From contig JAFWJA010000013.1 of assembly GCA_017511805.1 (NCBI GenBank), positions 594-64,593 of the forward strand: a DNA stretch of 64,000 nucleotides, given 5' to 3'. Numbering within the stretch: position 1 is the stretch's first letter; the number at the start of each line of letters is the position of its first letter. The stretch is from Bacilli bacterium (GTDB lineage Bacteria; Bacillota_I; Bacilli_A; RF39; UBA660). This document shows, one piece after another, positions 53,923 to 62,752 of this stretch. The notes below the pieces were generated by a model. That model was not told the DNA's origin, did no database searches, and saw nothing but the letters and a program-made list of their open reading frames with translations. The translations under genes were made by a program, and so were the position numbers.

Positions 53923-54330
53923 ATGAGTGAATTTAATCCAATTATAAGTGAGAAAGCTATATTAGTAGTAGATGATAGTAATATTACTAGAAATCTAATA
54001 GATCATGTATATAAAGATAAATATAAAGTACTTATGGCTAGTGATGGAAAAGGCGCAATGGATATAGTAGATGTTATGAAAGACTCTATTGTGGCTATTC
54101 TATTAGATTTAAATATGCCAGATGTAGATGGATTTGAAGTACTAGATTATTTTGTACAAACAAAAGTAATGGATACAATACCAGTATGTATTATTACAGG
54201 AGAAGATGCTCCTGAAATAATAGGTAAAGTTAAAACTTATCCAGTTAGTGCTATTTTATTAAAACCATTTAGTACTGAACAAATAGAAACTGTTGTTACA
54301 AAAGCAATGGAATTAAAGGGAATTAAATAA
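53923..54330 (+). CDS. Single-domain response regulator (CheY-like receiver)
   Basis: ILVVDDSNITRNLI...ILLDLNMPDVDGFEVL...IITGE...LLKPF. Confidence 0.85.
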   Translation: MSEFNPIISEKAILVVDDSNITRNLIDHVYKDKYKVLMASDGKGAMDIVDVMKDSIVAILLDLNMPDVDGFEVLDYFVQTKVMDTIPVCIITGEDAPEIIGKVKTYPVSAILLKPFSTEQIETVVTKAMELKGIK

Positions 54331-54352
54331 AGCAAGAAATTGCTTTTTTTTT
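54330..54352 (+). terminator. Short hairpin plus T-run after the receiver gene
   Basis: Stem aagcaa/ttgctt followed by ttttttt. The stem is weak (6 bp). Confidence 0.45.
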
Positions 54353-54358
54353 GTATTT

Positions 54359-54367
54359 GTGGTATTA
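54359..54367 (+). promoter_or_regulatory. Extended -10-like element (TGgTATTAT)
   Basis: tggtattat lies 30 nt upstream of the ATG at 54397. Confidence 0.35.
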
Positions 54368-54396
54368 TATCTACTCGTTGTGAAAGGGGTTTTACA

Positions 54397-55821
54397 ATGA
54401 AAGATATTATTACAAATGATAATATCGAAGTATTAGATGAAAGAAAAGATTTTTTACTTAGACAAAGATATGAATATAGAAAAAACCTTGAATCTAATTG
54501 CTTCGCACTAGATGTATTAAAACGTTCAATTAAAGTATTAATTGAATCTTTTTCTGATGATGGACATCAAGTTGCGTATATGGAAAGTAGAATTAAATCT
54601 GAAAATAGTTATTTAAATAAAGTTGATAAAAATCTTTCTAAGAATAAGCTTTTACCTTATGAAGATTTTCATGATATTGTAGGATGCAGGGTAGTCTTCT
54701 TAAGTATTTCTGATATTAAAGATTTTATTAGTCTTATTAAAAAATCAGAAGATTTTAAAATAATAGAAGAAAAAAACTATATATCTGAAAGTAAAGATAG
54801 TGGTTATAGAAGTTATCATTTAATATTAGAGATGCCTTTAAGAATTCAAGAGGAAGAAAAAACAGTAAAGGTAGAATTACAATTAAGAACTATCCTAATG
54901 GATATATTTGCACGTGAGGAACATAAATTAAGCTATAAAGGTAACTGTTCAGCAGAAGATAAAAAAATATTAAAAGAACTTAGTGATAGATTATTATTCT
55001 ATGATATAAACTTATCTGGATTTCTAGATGTTGCGAATAGAACATTTAGTTCTGATAGATATATACCTACTCAAAATATTTTTGAAATATCTAAATGTAG
55101 TTATGAGTTTGAAAAGGTATTCCATTACTATGAATTTATTCAAGGTGAAATGGAAAAAATGATAAAAGAAATTATTTCTGGATTTAGTGGTTCTGATGAT
55201 ATACTTCACGTTAGTTCTAGAATTAAAAAAGTTAAAAGTATAACTAGAAAAATTAAAGAAATGAATGAAGAAAGAAAAGCAAAAGGTTTAGATGAATTAC
55301 CTATATCTATTGATACTATTTTATATCAATTAAGAGATGTTGTTGGTTTTAAAATTGTATGTACTGATATAGATACTGCAAAAGAATTTATTAAATATGT
55401 TAAAGAATATTTTGAAACTAGATCACAAGTTACAATGTCAAATGAAAAAGATAATCTTGAAATAGATAGACAAAAAGATACTGGTTATAGAGGTTATAAA
55501 GTAAATTTAAGTTTTATGCTTCCTGTATTAAATGGTACTAAAGAAATACAAACTGAATTAATTATTAGAACGATGGTTATGGATGCTTGGGCACTTCAAG
55601 ATGATAGAATTTATTCTAAGACTAATGTTCCAGAAGCTTTATCTACAAACTTAAGAACATTAAGTGGAGAATTATTAAATCTTGAATATACACTTAATGA
55701 ATTAAGAACTCATAGAACTGAAAAATATAAAGCTAAAGATATAATATCTGAATTAGATCAATATGAAAAAACTAAAAAGAAACCTAAGAAATTAGTGTTA
55801 GAAAAAAAAGATGAAGAATAA
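54397..55821 (+). CDS. Protein with two tandem RelA/SpoT-type (p)ppGpp-synthetase-like domains
   Basis: Domain 1: ESRIKSENSYLNK...DIVGCRVVF...SGYRSYHLIL...VELQLRTILMDIFAREEHKLSYK. Domain 2: SSRIKKVKSITRK...DVVGFKIVC...TGYRGYKVNL...TELIIRTMVMDAWALQDDRIYSK. The start was set at the ATG behind gaaagggg; the tracked upstream extension overlaps the promoter and terminator. Confidence 0.8.
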   Translation: MKDIITNDNIEVLDERKDFLLRQRYEYRKNLESNCFALDVLKRSIKVLIESFSDDGHQVAYMESRIKSENSYLNKVDKNLSKNKLLPYEDFHDIVGCRVVFLSISDIKDFISLIKKSEDFKIIEEKNYISESKDSGYRSYHLILEMPLRIQEEEKTVKVELQLRTILMDIFAREEHKLSYKGNCSAEDKKILKELSDRLLFYDINLSGFLDVANRTFSSDRYIPTQNIFEISKCSYEFEKVFHYYEFIQGEMEKMIKEIISGFSGSDDILHVSSRIKKVKSITRKIKEMNEERKAKGLDELPISIDTILYQLRDVVGFKIVCTDIDTAKEFIKYVKEYFETRSQVTMSNEKDNLEIDRQKDTGYRGYKVNLSFMLPVLNGTKEIQTELIIRTMVMDAWALQDDRIYSKTNVPEALSTNLRTLSGELLNLEYTLNELRTHRTEKYKAKDIISELDQYEKTKKKPKKLVLEKKDEE

Positions 55822-55835
55822 TTCATCTTTTTTTA
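55808..55835 (+). terminator. Rho-independent terminator overlapping the stop codon
   Basis: Stem aagatgaa/ttcatctt followed by a T-run. Confidence 0.6.
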
Positions 55836-55912
55836 TTCCCAAAATTTCACACAATTTTTACATAATGATTTTACAGTTATTTTCTAATATATTAGTCAAG
55901 AGGAGGGATATT

Positions 55913-56611
55913 ATGGCTATAACCATAATAGATAGAATGGAACAAAAATACTTTATTAGTTTTGACAAGTATAAAGAATTAATGAATAAAATAGAAGATA
56001 AACTTGTTAAAGATAAGTATTTTAATGAAAGAATATATAATATTTATTTTGATAATGATGAATATGAATTTATTGTGAAATCATTAGATAAACCTATCTA
56101 TAAAGAAAAGGTTAGATTAAGAAGTTATTCTGAAGCTAAAGAAGGTACTAATGTGTTTTTAGAAATAAAAAAGAAGTTCATGGGTCATGGTAATAAAAGA
56201 AGAGTTGTTATTGATTATAATGATGCGATTAATTATATAGATAATAATATTATTCCAGATACCAATAAACAAATAATGTATGAGTTAGACTATACATTTA
56301 AAAAGAATAATTTAAAACCTAAAATAAGTTTAACTTATGATAGATTATCTTATGCATTTAAAGAAGATGAATCATATAGAGTAACATTTGATACCAATAT
56401 TAGATATAGTAATAAAAAACTAGATCTAGTTAATATAGATGATGAAGACTCATTATTTAATGATGGATATATTATGGAAGTTAAAACTTTAAAGGGATAT
56501 CCAATATGGTTTTCAAAAGCATTAAATGAATTAAAAATATATCCTACTTCATATTCAAAAGTAGGTGAAGCTTATAAAAAATTAAAAAAAAGGAATGAAT
56601 TATATGTTTAA
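55913..56611 (+). CDS. VTC-domain (polyphosphate-polymerase-like, triphosphate-tunnel fold) protein
   Basis: IDRMEQKYFIS...NIYFDNDEYE...YKEKVRLRSY...LEIKKKF...KRR matches my memory of bacterial VTC proteins. The ATG at 55913 sits behind AGGAGGG. Confidence 0.65.
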   Translation: MAITIIDRMEQKYFISFDKYKELMNKIEDKLVKDKYFNERIYNIYFDNDEYEFIVKSLDKPIYKEKVRLRSYSEAKEGTNVFLEIKKKFMGHGNKRRVVIDYNDAINYIDNNIIPDTNKQIMYELDYTFKKNNLKPKISLTYDRLSYAFKEDESYRVTFDTNIRYSNKKLDLVNIDDEDSLFNDGYIMEVKTLKGYPIWFSKALNELKIYPTSYSKVGEAYKKLKKRNELYV

Positions 56612-57266
56612 TAGTATTATAGGTGATAGTTTAACTTTTTTCTCAGCAAGTATATGTATTCTTACTTCTATTATATTAGGTATATTTATATCTTTTATAC
56701 ATATGAAGACAACTAAATATAATAAAAACTTTATTGTGTCATTATCAGTACTTCCTTTAATAGTAAGTATGATTATAATAATGGTAAATGGTAATCTAGG
56801 AACATCTGTTGCCATAGTAGGTGCTTTTTCATTAATTAGATTTAGAAGTATTCCTGGTAATTCAAAAGAAATAGTTTCTGTATTCTTAGCGATGTCAGTA
56901 GGACTTGCTATAGGTATGGGACAAGTAGTATTCGCATCCCTAATAACTTTAGTAACAGGTTTAGTATTATTAATGTTAACTTATTCTAAATTTGGTATAG
57001 AAGAAACTAAATATAAAACACTTGATATACTTATACCAGAAGATTTAGATTATGATACAGTATTTGATAAAGTATTAAAAAAATATACTGAATTATTTGA
57101 AATAATAAAAGTAAAAACATCTAATATGGGTAGTTTATATGAACTAAAATATAAAATAGAAATGAAGAAAAATATTTCTGAAAAGAAATTTATAGATGAA
57201 CTTAGAGTGTTAAATGGTAATTTAAAGATAAGTATTAGTAAAGCAGAAACGGAGGAGATGTTATAG
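56595..57266 (+). CDS. DUF4956-family membrane protein
   Basis: Four TM segments followed by a soluble C-terminal domain. This family is the usual partner of bacterial VTC genes. The start could be 56604. Confidence 0.55.
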   Translation: MNYMFNSIIGDSLTFFSASICILTSIILGIFISFIHMKTTKYNKNFIVSLSVLPLIVSMIIIMVNGNLGTSVAIVGAFSLIRFRSIPGNSKEIVSVFLAMSVGLAIGMGQVVFASLITLVTGLVLLMLTYSKFGIEETKYKTLDILIPEDLDYDTVFDKVLKKYTELFEIIKVKTSNMGSLYELKYKIEMKKNISEKKFIDELRVLNGNLKISISKAETEEML

Positions 57267-58498
57267 TGAAAAATAAAAGTATAACTATATTAATTATTGT
57301 GTTATTAGTATTAATTGGAGGAATAACTACTTATTTAGTATTCTTTAATAATAAGGTAGATGATATTAAGAAAGAAGATACTAAGACTGAAACTAAAACA
57401 GAGACTAAAACAGATACTACATCAACAGATAAATATGATTTTAGTAGTTATGAAACTAGTGATATAGATTTAAATAAAGAAAGTAAATTATCTATTACAA
57501 AACAAGGTGTTTATAATTTATCAGGTACATTAAATGGTTATATTGAAATAAATACTGAAGAAAACGTGGTGCTTTCTTTTAAAAATGTAACTATTAATAA
57601 TACAAGTGGACCTTGTATAAATGTAGTTAACGCTAAAAATGTATATATTAAATTAGAAGGAGAAAATACTCTTACAGATGGATCAAATTATACTGGATTT
57701 GAAGAAGCTGATGCCTGTATTTATAGTAAAGATGATTTAATTATATATGGCGATGGAATACTAAATGTAAATGCTAATTATGGCGATGGAATTGTATCTA
57801 AAGATGATTTAGAAATAAATTCAGGTACTTTTAATATAACTTCTAATGATGATAGTATTAAAGGTAAAGATTCAGTATCTATAGAAACAGGTACATTTAA
57901 TATTAAAGCTGGTGGAGATGGTATTAAAACTACTAATGAAGAAGATATAAATAAAGGTATTATTACTATTAATGGAGGAGATATAACTATTAATAGTACA
58001 ACAGATGGTTTTGATTCTACAAATAAAATAATAATTAATAATGGTAATATAAATATTGATTCAGGTGATGATGGAATACACGCAGATGGTTATATAGAAA
58101 TAAATAATGGTACTATAAATATATCAGGAGTAGAAGGAATAGAATCTACTACTATTAAAATAAATGATGGTACCATCAACATATCTGCATCAGATGATGG
58201 AATTAATTCCGGTAACAAAAGATCTGATTATCAAGTATTAACTGAAATAAACGGAGGAAATATAACAATAAAAATGGCTCAAGGAGATACTGATGGAATA
58301 GACTCAAATGGTGATTTAACAATTACTGGTGGAACTATAAATATAACAGGTCAATCTGCTTTTGACTATGATGGAACAGCTACATATACTGGAGGTACAT
58401 TAATTGTTAATGGAGAAGAAATACATGAATTAACTAATCAAATGATGGGACCAGGTGGTATGGAACCAGGAGGAATGAACGGTCAAAGAATGAGATAA
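57266..58498 (+). CDS. Membrane-anchored beta-helix protein of the Cthe_2159-like carbohydrate-binding family
   Basis: GTG start 7 nt after GGAGGAG. It has an N-terminal TM, a TKTETKTETKTD linker, and repeated ..GDGI / DDGI[HN] / EGIE ..I.I.[NG]G.[IF]NI units. Confidence 0.6.
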   Translation: MKNKSITILIIVLLVLIGGITTYLVFFNNKVDDIKKEDTKTETKTETKTDTTSTDKYDFSSYETSDIDLNKESKLSITKQGVYNLSGTLNGYIEINTEENVVLSFKNVTINNTSGPCINVVNAKNVYIKLEGENTLTDGSNYTGFEEADACIYSKDDLIIYGDGILNVNANYGDGIVSKDDLEINSGTFNITSNDDSIKGKDSVSIETGTFNIKAGGDGIKTTNEEDINKGIITINGGDITINSTTDGFDSTNKIIINNGNINIDSGDDGIHADGYIEINNGTINISGVEGIESTTIKINDGTINISASDDGINSGNKRSDYQVLTEINGGNITIKMAQGDTDGIDSNGDLTITGGTINITGQSAFDYDGTATYTGGTLIVNGEEIHELTNQMMGPGGMEPGGMNGQRMR

Positions 58499-58526
58499 AA
58501 AAGTGGTAATTATTTACCACTTTTTT
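58497..58526. terminator. Bidirectional terminator
   Basis: Stem aagtggtaa/ttaccactt flanked by an A-run and a T-run, between convergent genes. Confidence 0.7.
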
Positions 58527-59031
58527 AATATTCATCTGAATGACTAAAATATCCGTTTATTAATTCTTTACTTTGATTAATACTAATAAATGCATTATTA
58601 TCAATAGAATTAATTAGACTAATTAATTCATTCTTTCTTTTATTATTAATAAAAGAATAAATTATGTAATTCTTTGTTCCATATAATCCATGCGCATCTA
58701 TTATAGAACCTGAATATCTATGATTTTTTAATATATCAAATACTTCATTTTTATTGGTTATAATTTGAACAAGTAATTTCTTTTTAGATAATTTAGTAGT
58801 TAATAAAGAAGCAAGATATGTTCCAATAGAATATCCAGCTGCGTAACTAATCGCAATTAATATTTCATTCCCATCGTCCAAAGCTAATTTAATTATTAAA
58901 AACCAAATAATAACTTGAATAAAACTAAGTACTGAACTCATTATTCTTTTTTCATCTATTAATAATATTGTAGATATAGTTGAAGTAAAAGCTTCAACTA
59001 TTTTTAAAACAAGTATAAGTATAAATAACAT
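58525..59031 (-). CDS. UPF0316/DUF2179-type membrane protein
   Basis: Three TM segments followed by a soluble approx. 80-aa C-terminal domain (...HRYSGSIIDAHG...NAFISI). The family assignment is from memory. Confidence 0.5.
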   Translation of the reverse strand: MLFILILVLKIVEAFTSTISTILLIDEKRIMSSVLSFIQVIIWFLIIKLALDDGNEILIAISYAAGYSIGTYLASLLTTKLSKKKLLVQIITNKNEVFDILKNHRYSGSIIDAHGLYGTKNYIIYSFINNKRKNELISLINSIDNNAFISINQSKELINGYFSHSDEY

Positions 59032-59104
59032 ATAATCACCATTATTAGTTTTTAATTTATTTAAAAAAATATTCTAATATGATAGAATATTTTTAGGTGG
59101 TTTT

Positions 59105-59920
59105 ATGAAACTTAAGGTAGATAATTTTAATTTAAAAGATACTGTTACTTGCGGACAAATATTTAGATTTGAGGAAGAACAAGATAATTCATATACTGTT
59201 ATTCTTGCTGATAGAGTAATTAATATAAAACAAGTAGGAAATGAATTAGAAGTTACATCTTCTAATGAAGATAATTTAGAAGAAGTAATTAGAAACTATT
59301 TTGATTTAGATTTTGATTATGAAACCATTAATAATAAATTAATAGAAATAGATAAAAATAATAAAGAAATAATAGATTCATGTTTAGGACTTAAAATGAT
59401 TAATGAACCTAGATTTGAAACTATCATTAGTTATATTTTATCTTCAAATAACAGAATACCTCAAATAAAAAAAGCACTAGATAATATATCTATGACATAT
59501 GGTCATAAAGTTCTATTTAATAATAAAGAGTATTACTTATTTCCAACTAAAGAAAAGTTAAGTAAATGTGATATAGATACTTTAAGAAATTGTAAAACAG
59601 GTTTTAGAGATAAATATATTTATGAATTTTTAAACAGTAATTTTGATATCAATAAAATAGATACTTTGTCTTCAGAAGACGCACTTAATTATTTAAAGAG
59701 TTTAAATGGTGTAGGAGATAAAGTAGCATCTTGTATATTATTATTTGGTTATCATAGATTTGATGTATTTCCAATAGATACATGGGTTAAAAAATATATG
59801 AAAGATAAATATAATATTGAGGGTGTAGATAACATACAAAAATTTGTTAAAAATAAATATAATGAATATTCAGGTTTAGCTATTCAATACATGTTTCACT
59901 ATAAAAGAAATAAGAGTTAA
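59105..59920 (+). CDS. ogg: 8-oxoguanine DNA glycosylase/AP lyase (HhH-GPD superfamily, Ogg1-like)
   Basis: N-terminal FNLKDTVTCGQIFRF (OGG_N-like). The HhH-GPD region reads LNGVGDKVASCILLFGYHRFDVFPIDTWV. Confidence 0.75.
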   Translation: MKLKVDNFNLKDTVTCGQIFRFEEEQDNSYTVILADRVINIKQVGNELEVTSSNEDNLEEVIRNYFDLDFDYETINNKLIEIDKNNKEIIDSCLGLKMINEPRFETIISYILSSNNRIPQIKKALDNISMTYGHKVLFNNKEYYLFPTKEKLSKCDIDTLRNCKTGFRDKYIYEFLNSNFDINKIDTLSSEDALNYLKSLNGVGDKVASCILLFGYHRFDVFPIDTWVKKYMKDKYNIEGVDNIQKFVKNKYNEYSGLAIQYMFHYKRNKS

Positions 59921-59936
59921 ATTTTATTTCTTTTTT

Positions 59937-59945
59937 TGGTATAAT
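59937..59945 (+). promoter_or_regulatory. Extended -10 element (TGgTATAAT)
   Basis: tggtataat lies 18 nt upstream of the ATG at 59963. Confidence 0.4.
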
Positions 59946-59962
59946 TATTATAGGTGGTTTCC

Positions 59963-61702
59963 ATGAGTAAAAAAAGTGATTTTTTTAGTAAGTATTTTTT
60001 CATTATTGTATATTTAATTTTTGTGGTTGGTCTTATTATAGTTTCAAACATATATTTTTTAGAAGCATCAAATACAGATAACAGAGGATTAGATTATATA
60101 GGTGAAGCAATTGCGAAAGGTATTTTTATGTTAGCTGTCATTAGGTTATTCTTTATAATAGTTCCTGTAATTGTTTCTATAGTGTTCATTATTAGATATG
60201 TAGGATTAAATATTAATGAGAATACAAAGAGTTCTATAGTTTGCGTGCTAAAAACTATTAGTTCATATTTTATTTATTATTCTATTTCATCATTGATATT
60301 GCACTTTGCTTTAAATATTGATTCTGAATTATATATGTCAAGGATATTTATTAGATATATATCAGTAATTTTAGCTTTATATCCAGTAGGTAAGTTATTA
60401 TTGAATAAGGAAAGATTGTCAAGATTATCAGTTCTTTTTTTGATAGTATTTATTCCTGCATGCAATTTTATATTACCTTTCTTTACTAATAATATATATG
60501 ATATGGATTTTCAATTAATAATTCTTTATTCTTTATTAGAAGTATCATGTTTAATTACTTGTTTTAGGCCAGCATATAAGGAAGATTCTTATAAAACTGA
60601 ATCAAATAAAATCAGTTATATAGTATTTGTAGGATCTATTATTACTTTAATAATTAGCTCATTATTGTTAAGTAACGTAGATAACTATATTTATTCTAAA
60701 GATATAGATAAAGTAAAAAATGAAAAACTAAGTGATAGAAATATATATTGTCTAACTCCATATAAAACAAAAGATAATTCTATTTATTTTACTGTATCCA
60801 TGACATCAGATTGCTCCTATGAATATTCTAATAATAAAAATGATTTAGTAGATTACAGATTATATTCTGTTGATAAAAACTTAAATGTAAATTTTGTTAA
60901 ATACATGTTTAATTATTTGAATGATTTTGGTGGAGAAACAGATTATTTATATTATATAAGTGATAGAAATTTATATAAATTATTAAATAATAATGAATCA
61001 GAAAAATTGTTCAACAATGTTTATATATCAGATTTAGCGGGTGTTTATGATAATAAGTTCTATTATGAAGAAAACTATGGTGATTGTACAACTATAGATA
61101 TTAGTACAGGTGAATTAAATACTAAAGTTAATTTTGATTGTAGATTTATGCCTAGAAGTATGAATGAGTATTATTTTGTGAATGAAGGTGATACTTTATT
61201 AAAGAATGCCTATTTTATTAATAAAAAAACTAATGAAAAAATATGGGTCGATAGCTTTAATAAAGATTATGAGAATAAAAAAGGTATTCTATATGCTAGT
61301 GATATTATAGATATATATAATGATGAATTATATTATACTAATATTACTAATAAGCATATTTATTTAAGAAAGATTAATATGAGAACTGGAGTAATCACGG
61401 ATATATCAGAATTAAATACATTGTTGAAATTAGATTATTATGAATCTACTAATATTTGGTATGAAAAAAGAAAAACGATTATTATTCGAGATAACTATTT
61501 ATATTATTCTAATCGTGATGATAGTGGATTAATATACAAAATAAACTTAGATACTTTAGAAAAAGAAAAAGTTAATAATATACAGAATAGTTATCCATAT
61601 GATGTTATAGATGATTATTTATATTACACAACATATAGTAGTGATAAAACAACAAGTTTCTATAGAATAAAAGATGGTATAAATGAGATAATAGTAGAAT
61701 AG
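59963..61702 (+). CDS. Polytopic membrane protein with a C-terminal beta-propeller-like (DUF5050-like) domain
   Basis: The N-terminal approx. 240 aa are hydrophobic. The C-terminal part has repeated Y[YF].....L[YI][KR][IL] units, e.g. NYLYYSNRDDSGLIYKINLDT. The ATG at 59963 sits behind AGGTGG. Confidence 0.55.
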   Translation: MSKKSDFFSKYFFIIVYLIFVVGLIIVSNIYFLEASNTDNRGLDYIGEAIAKGIFMLAVIRLFFIIVPVIVSIVFIIRYVGLNINENTKSSIVCVLKTISSYFIYYSISSLILHFALNIDSELYMSRIFIRYISVILALYPVGKLLLNKERLSRLSVLFLIVFIPACNFILPFFTNNIYDMDFQLIILYSLLEVSCLITCFRPAYKEDSYKTESNKISYIVFVGSIITLIISSLLLSNVDNYIYSKDIDKVKNEKLSDRNIYCLTPYKTKDNSIYFTVSMTSDCSYEYSNNKNDLVDYRLYSVDKNLNVNFVKYMFNYLNDFGGETDYLYYISDRNLYKLLNNNESEKLFNNVYISDLAGVYDNKFYYEENYGDCTTIDISTGELNTKVNFDCRFMPRSMNEYYFVNEGDTLLKNAYFINKKTNEKIWVDSFNKDYENKKGILYASDIIDIYNDELYYTNITNKHIYLRKINMRTGVITDISELNTLLKLDYYESTNIWYEKRKTIIIRDNYLYYSNRDDSGLIYKINLDTLEKEKVNNIQNSYPYDVIDDYLYYTTYSSDKTTSFYRIKDGINEIIVE

Positions 61703-61726
61703 AAATAGGAATTAAATCCTATTTCT
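61701..61726. terminator. Bidirectional terminator
   Basis: Stem gaaatagga/tcctatttc between convergent stops. Confidence 0.6.
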
Positions 61727-62752
61727 TTTAATTATATTAAAAGAAATAATAATTAATAATATTGGATTGTAGTAAATAAATAAGTAATACTTTTTAGTAA
61801 TAATACTAGCGATAGTAGTATTACTAAACAAAACAAGTGATAATATAAAACTAATTGGTATAACTATATATTTTAGTCTTTCTTTATTAATATGTTTTAA
61901 ATATTCAATTATAAAATTTAAACTCATAACAGTAGATATGAATATAGAAAACAACCATTCAAATGTTGATATATTTTCAATATGCTGAATAAAATCAAAA
62001 TAATTAATCTTCTTCATTAATGAATATTCTGGATAACTAAATAGACTAGCTAGATCTATTCCAAATACTCCAATTATATAAATGAATAATAGTAATAGAT
62101 TTACTAAACTAATTATAAAGAATAGAGTGGTATTCTTAGTTTTAATATCAGGTATAGTAAGTAACATAAACATAGGTGTAACAAAATAAGAACTAAATAT
62201 AAAAGAGTCTTTAATAATAGTTATTATTGGTGTATTAAATAGAGGTTTAAAGTTATCTAAATCTATGCCAGAATATAAATTAGTAACAGAAAATAATATT
62301 ATTAAAAAAGTAATAATAAATAATAAACCAGATACTTTTGATATTGTTCTTATACCTTCTTTTTGACACCATATAACAGGTATAAGAAATAGTAAAATAA
62401 TTATAAAACTAGGTGTAGAATCTAGATACTTATTTTGTATATAAGTATTAATACTCCATAAAAGATATATAAAATATAGAATAAATATAAGTACTAAAAA
62501 TAGATTAATAATCTTACCAAGTTTTCCATAAACTAGATCTATCTTTTTAAAGATATTTAATTCTTTTTTATAATTAATAATCTTAGTAATAAAGAATAAT
62601 ATAACTAATGAAATAATACTACCTAAAATACAAGAATATATAGTACCTGTTTTAGAACTATTTAGTATTTCATTTAATCCAGTATGAATAAACATAGTCT
62701 CTGTAATAAAAAATATAATTGAATAAAAACTAATACTCTTTAATTTATTCAT
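61712..62752 (-). CDS. Spore germination receptor B subunit (GerAB/GerKB-type permease)
   Basis: 346 aa with about 10 TM segments, translationally coupled downstream of a Ger(x)C lipoprotein gene. Confidence 0.7.
   Translation of the reverse strand: MNKLKSISFYSIIFFITETMFIHTGLNEILNSSKTGTIYSCILGSIISLVILFFITKIINYKKELNIFKKIDLVYGKLGKIINLFLVLIFILYFIYLLWSINTYIQNKYLDSTPSFIIILLFLIPVIWCQKEGIRTISKVSGLLFIITFLIILFSVTNLYSGIDLDNFKPLFNTPIITIIKDSFIFSSYFVTPMFMLLTIPDIKTKNTTLFFIISLVNLLLLFIYIIGVFGIDLASLFSYPEYSLMKKINYFDFIQHIENISTFEWLFSIFISTVMSLNFIIEYLKHINKERLKYIVIPISFILSLVLFSNTTIASIITKKYYLFIYYNPILLIIISFNIIKRNRI

Noticed and set aside
54340-54396. N-terminal extensions in the ORF track that use TTG/GTG or upstream ATG starts: 54340, 55811, 38320, 46283, 47210, 47918, 59954, 9817, 44498 and 41121(-).
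   Set aside because: In each case the extension overlaps a terminator or -10 element, or lacks an RBS. An ATG (or, for 57266, a GTG) with a well-spaced AGGAGG/AGGTGA-type RBS lies just downstream, so starts were adjusted accordingly.
54397-55821. The possibility that the RelA/SpoT-domain protein is a toxic small alarmone synthetase (toxSAS) toxin-antitoxin module.
   Set aside because: There is no small overlapping partner ORF on either side that could serve as an antitoxin. The gene is flanked by its own promoter-like element and terminator. The protein is about twice the usual toxSAS size because of the domain duplication.
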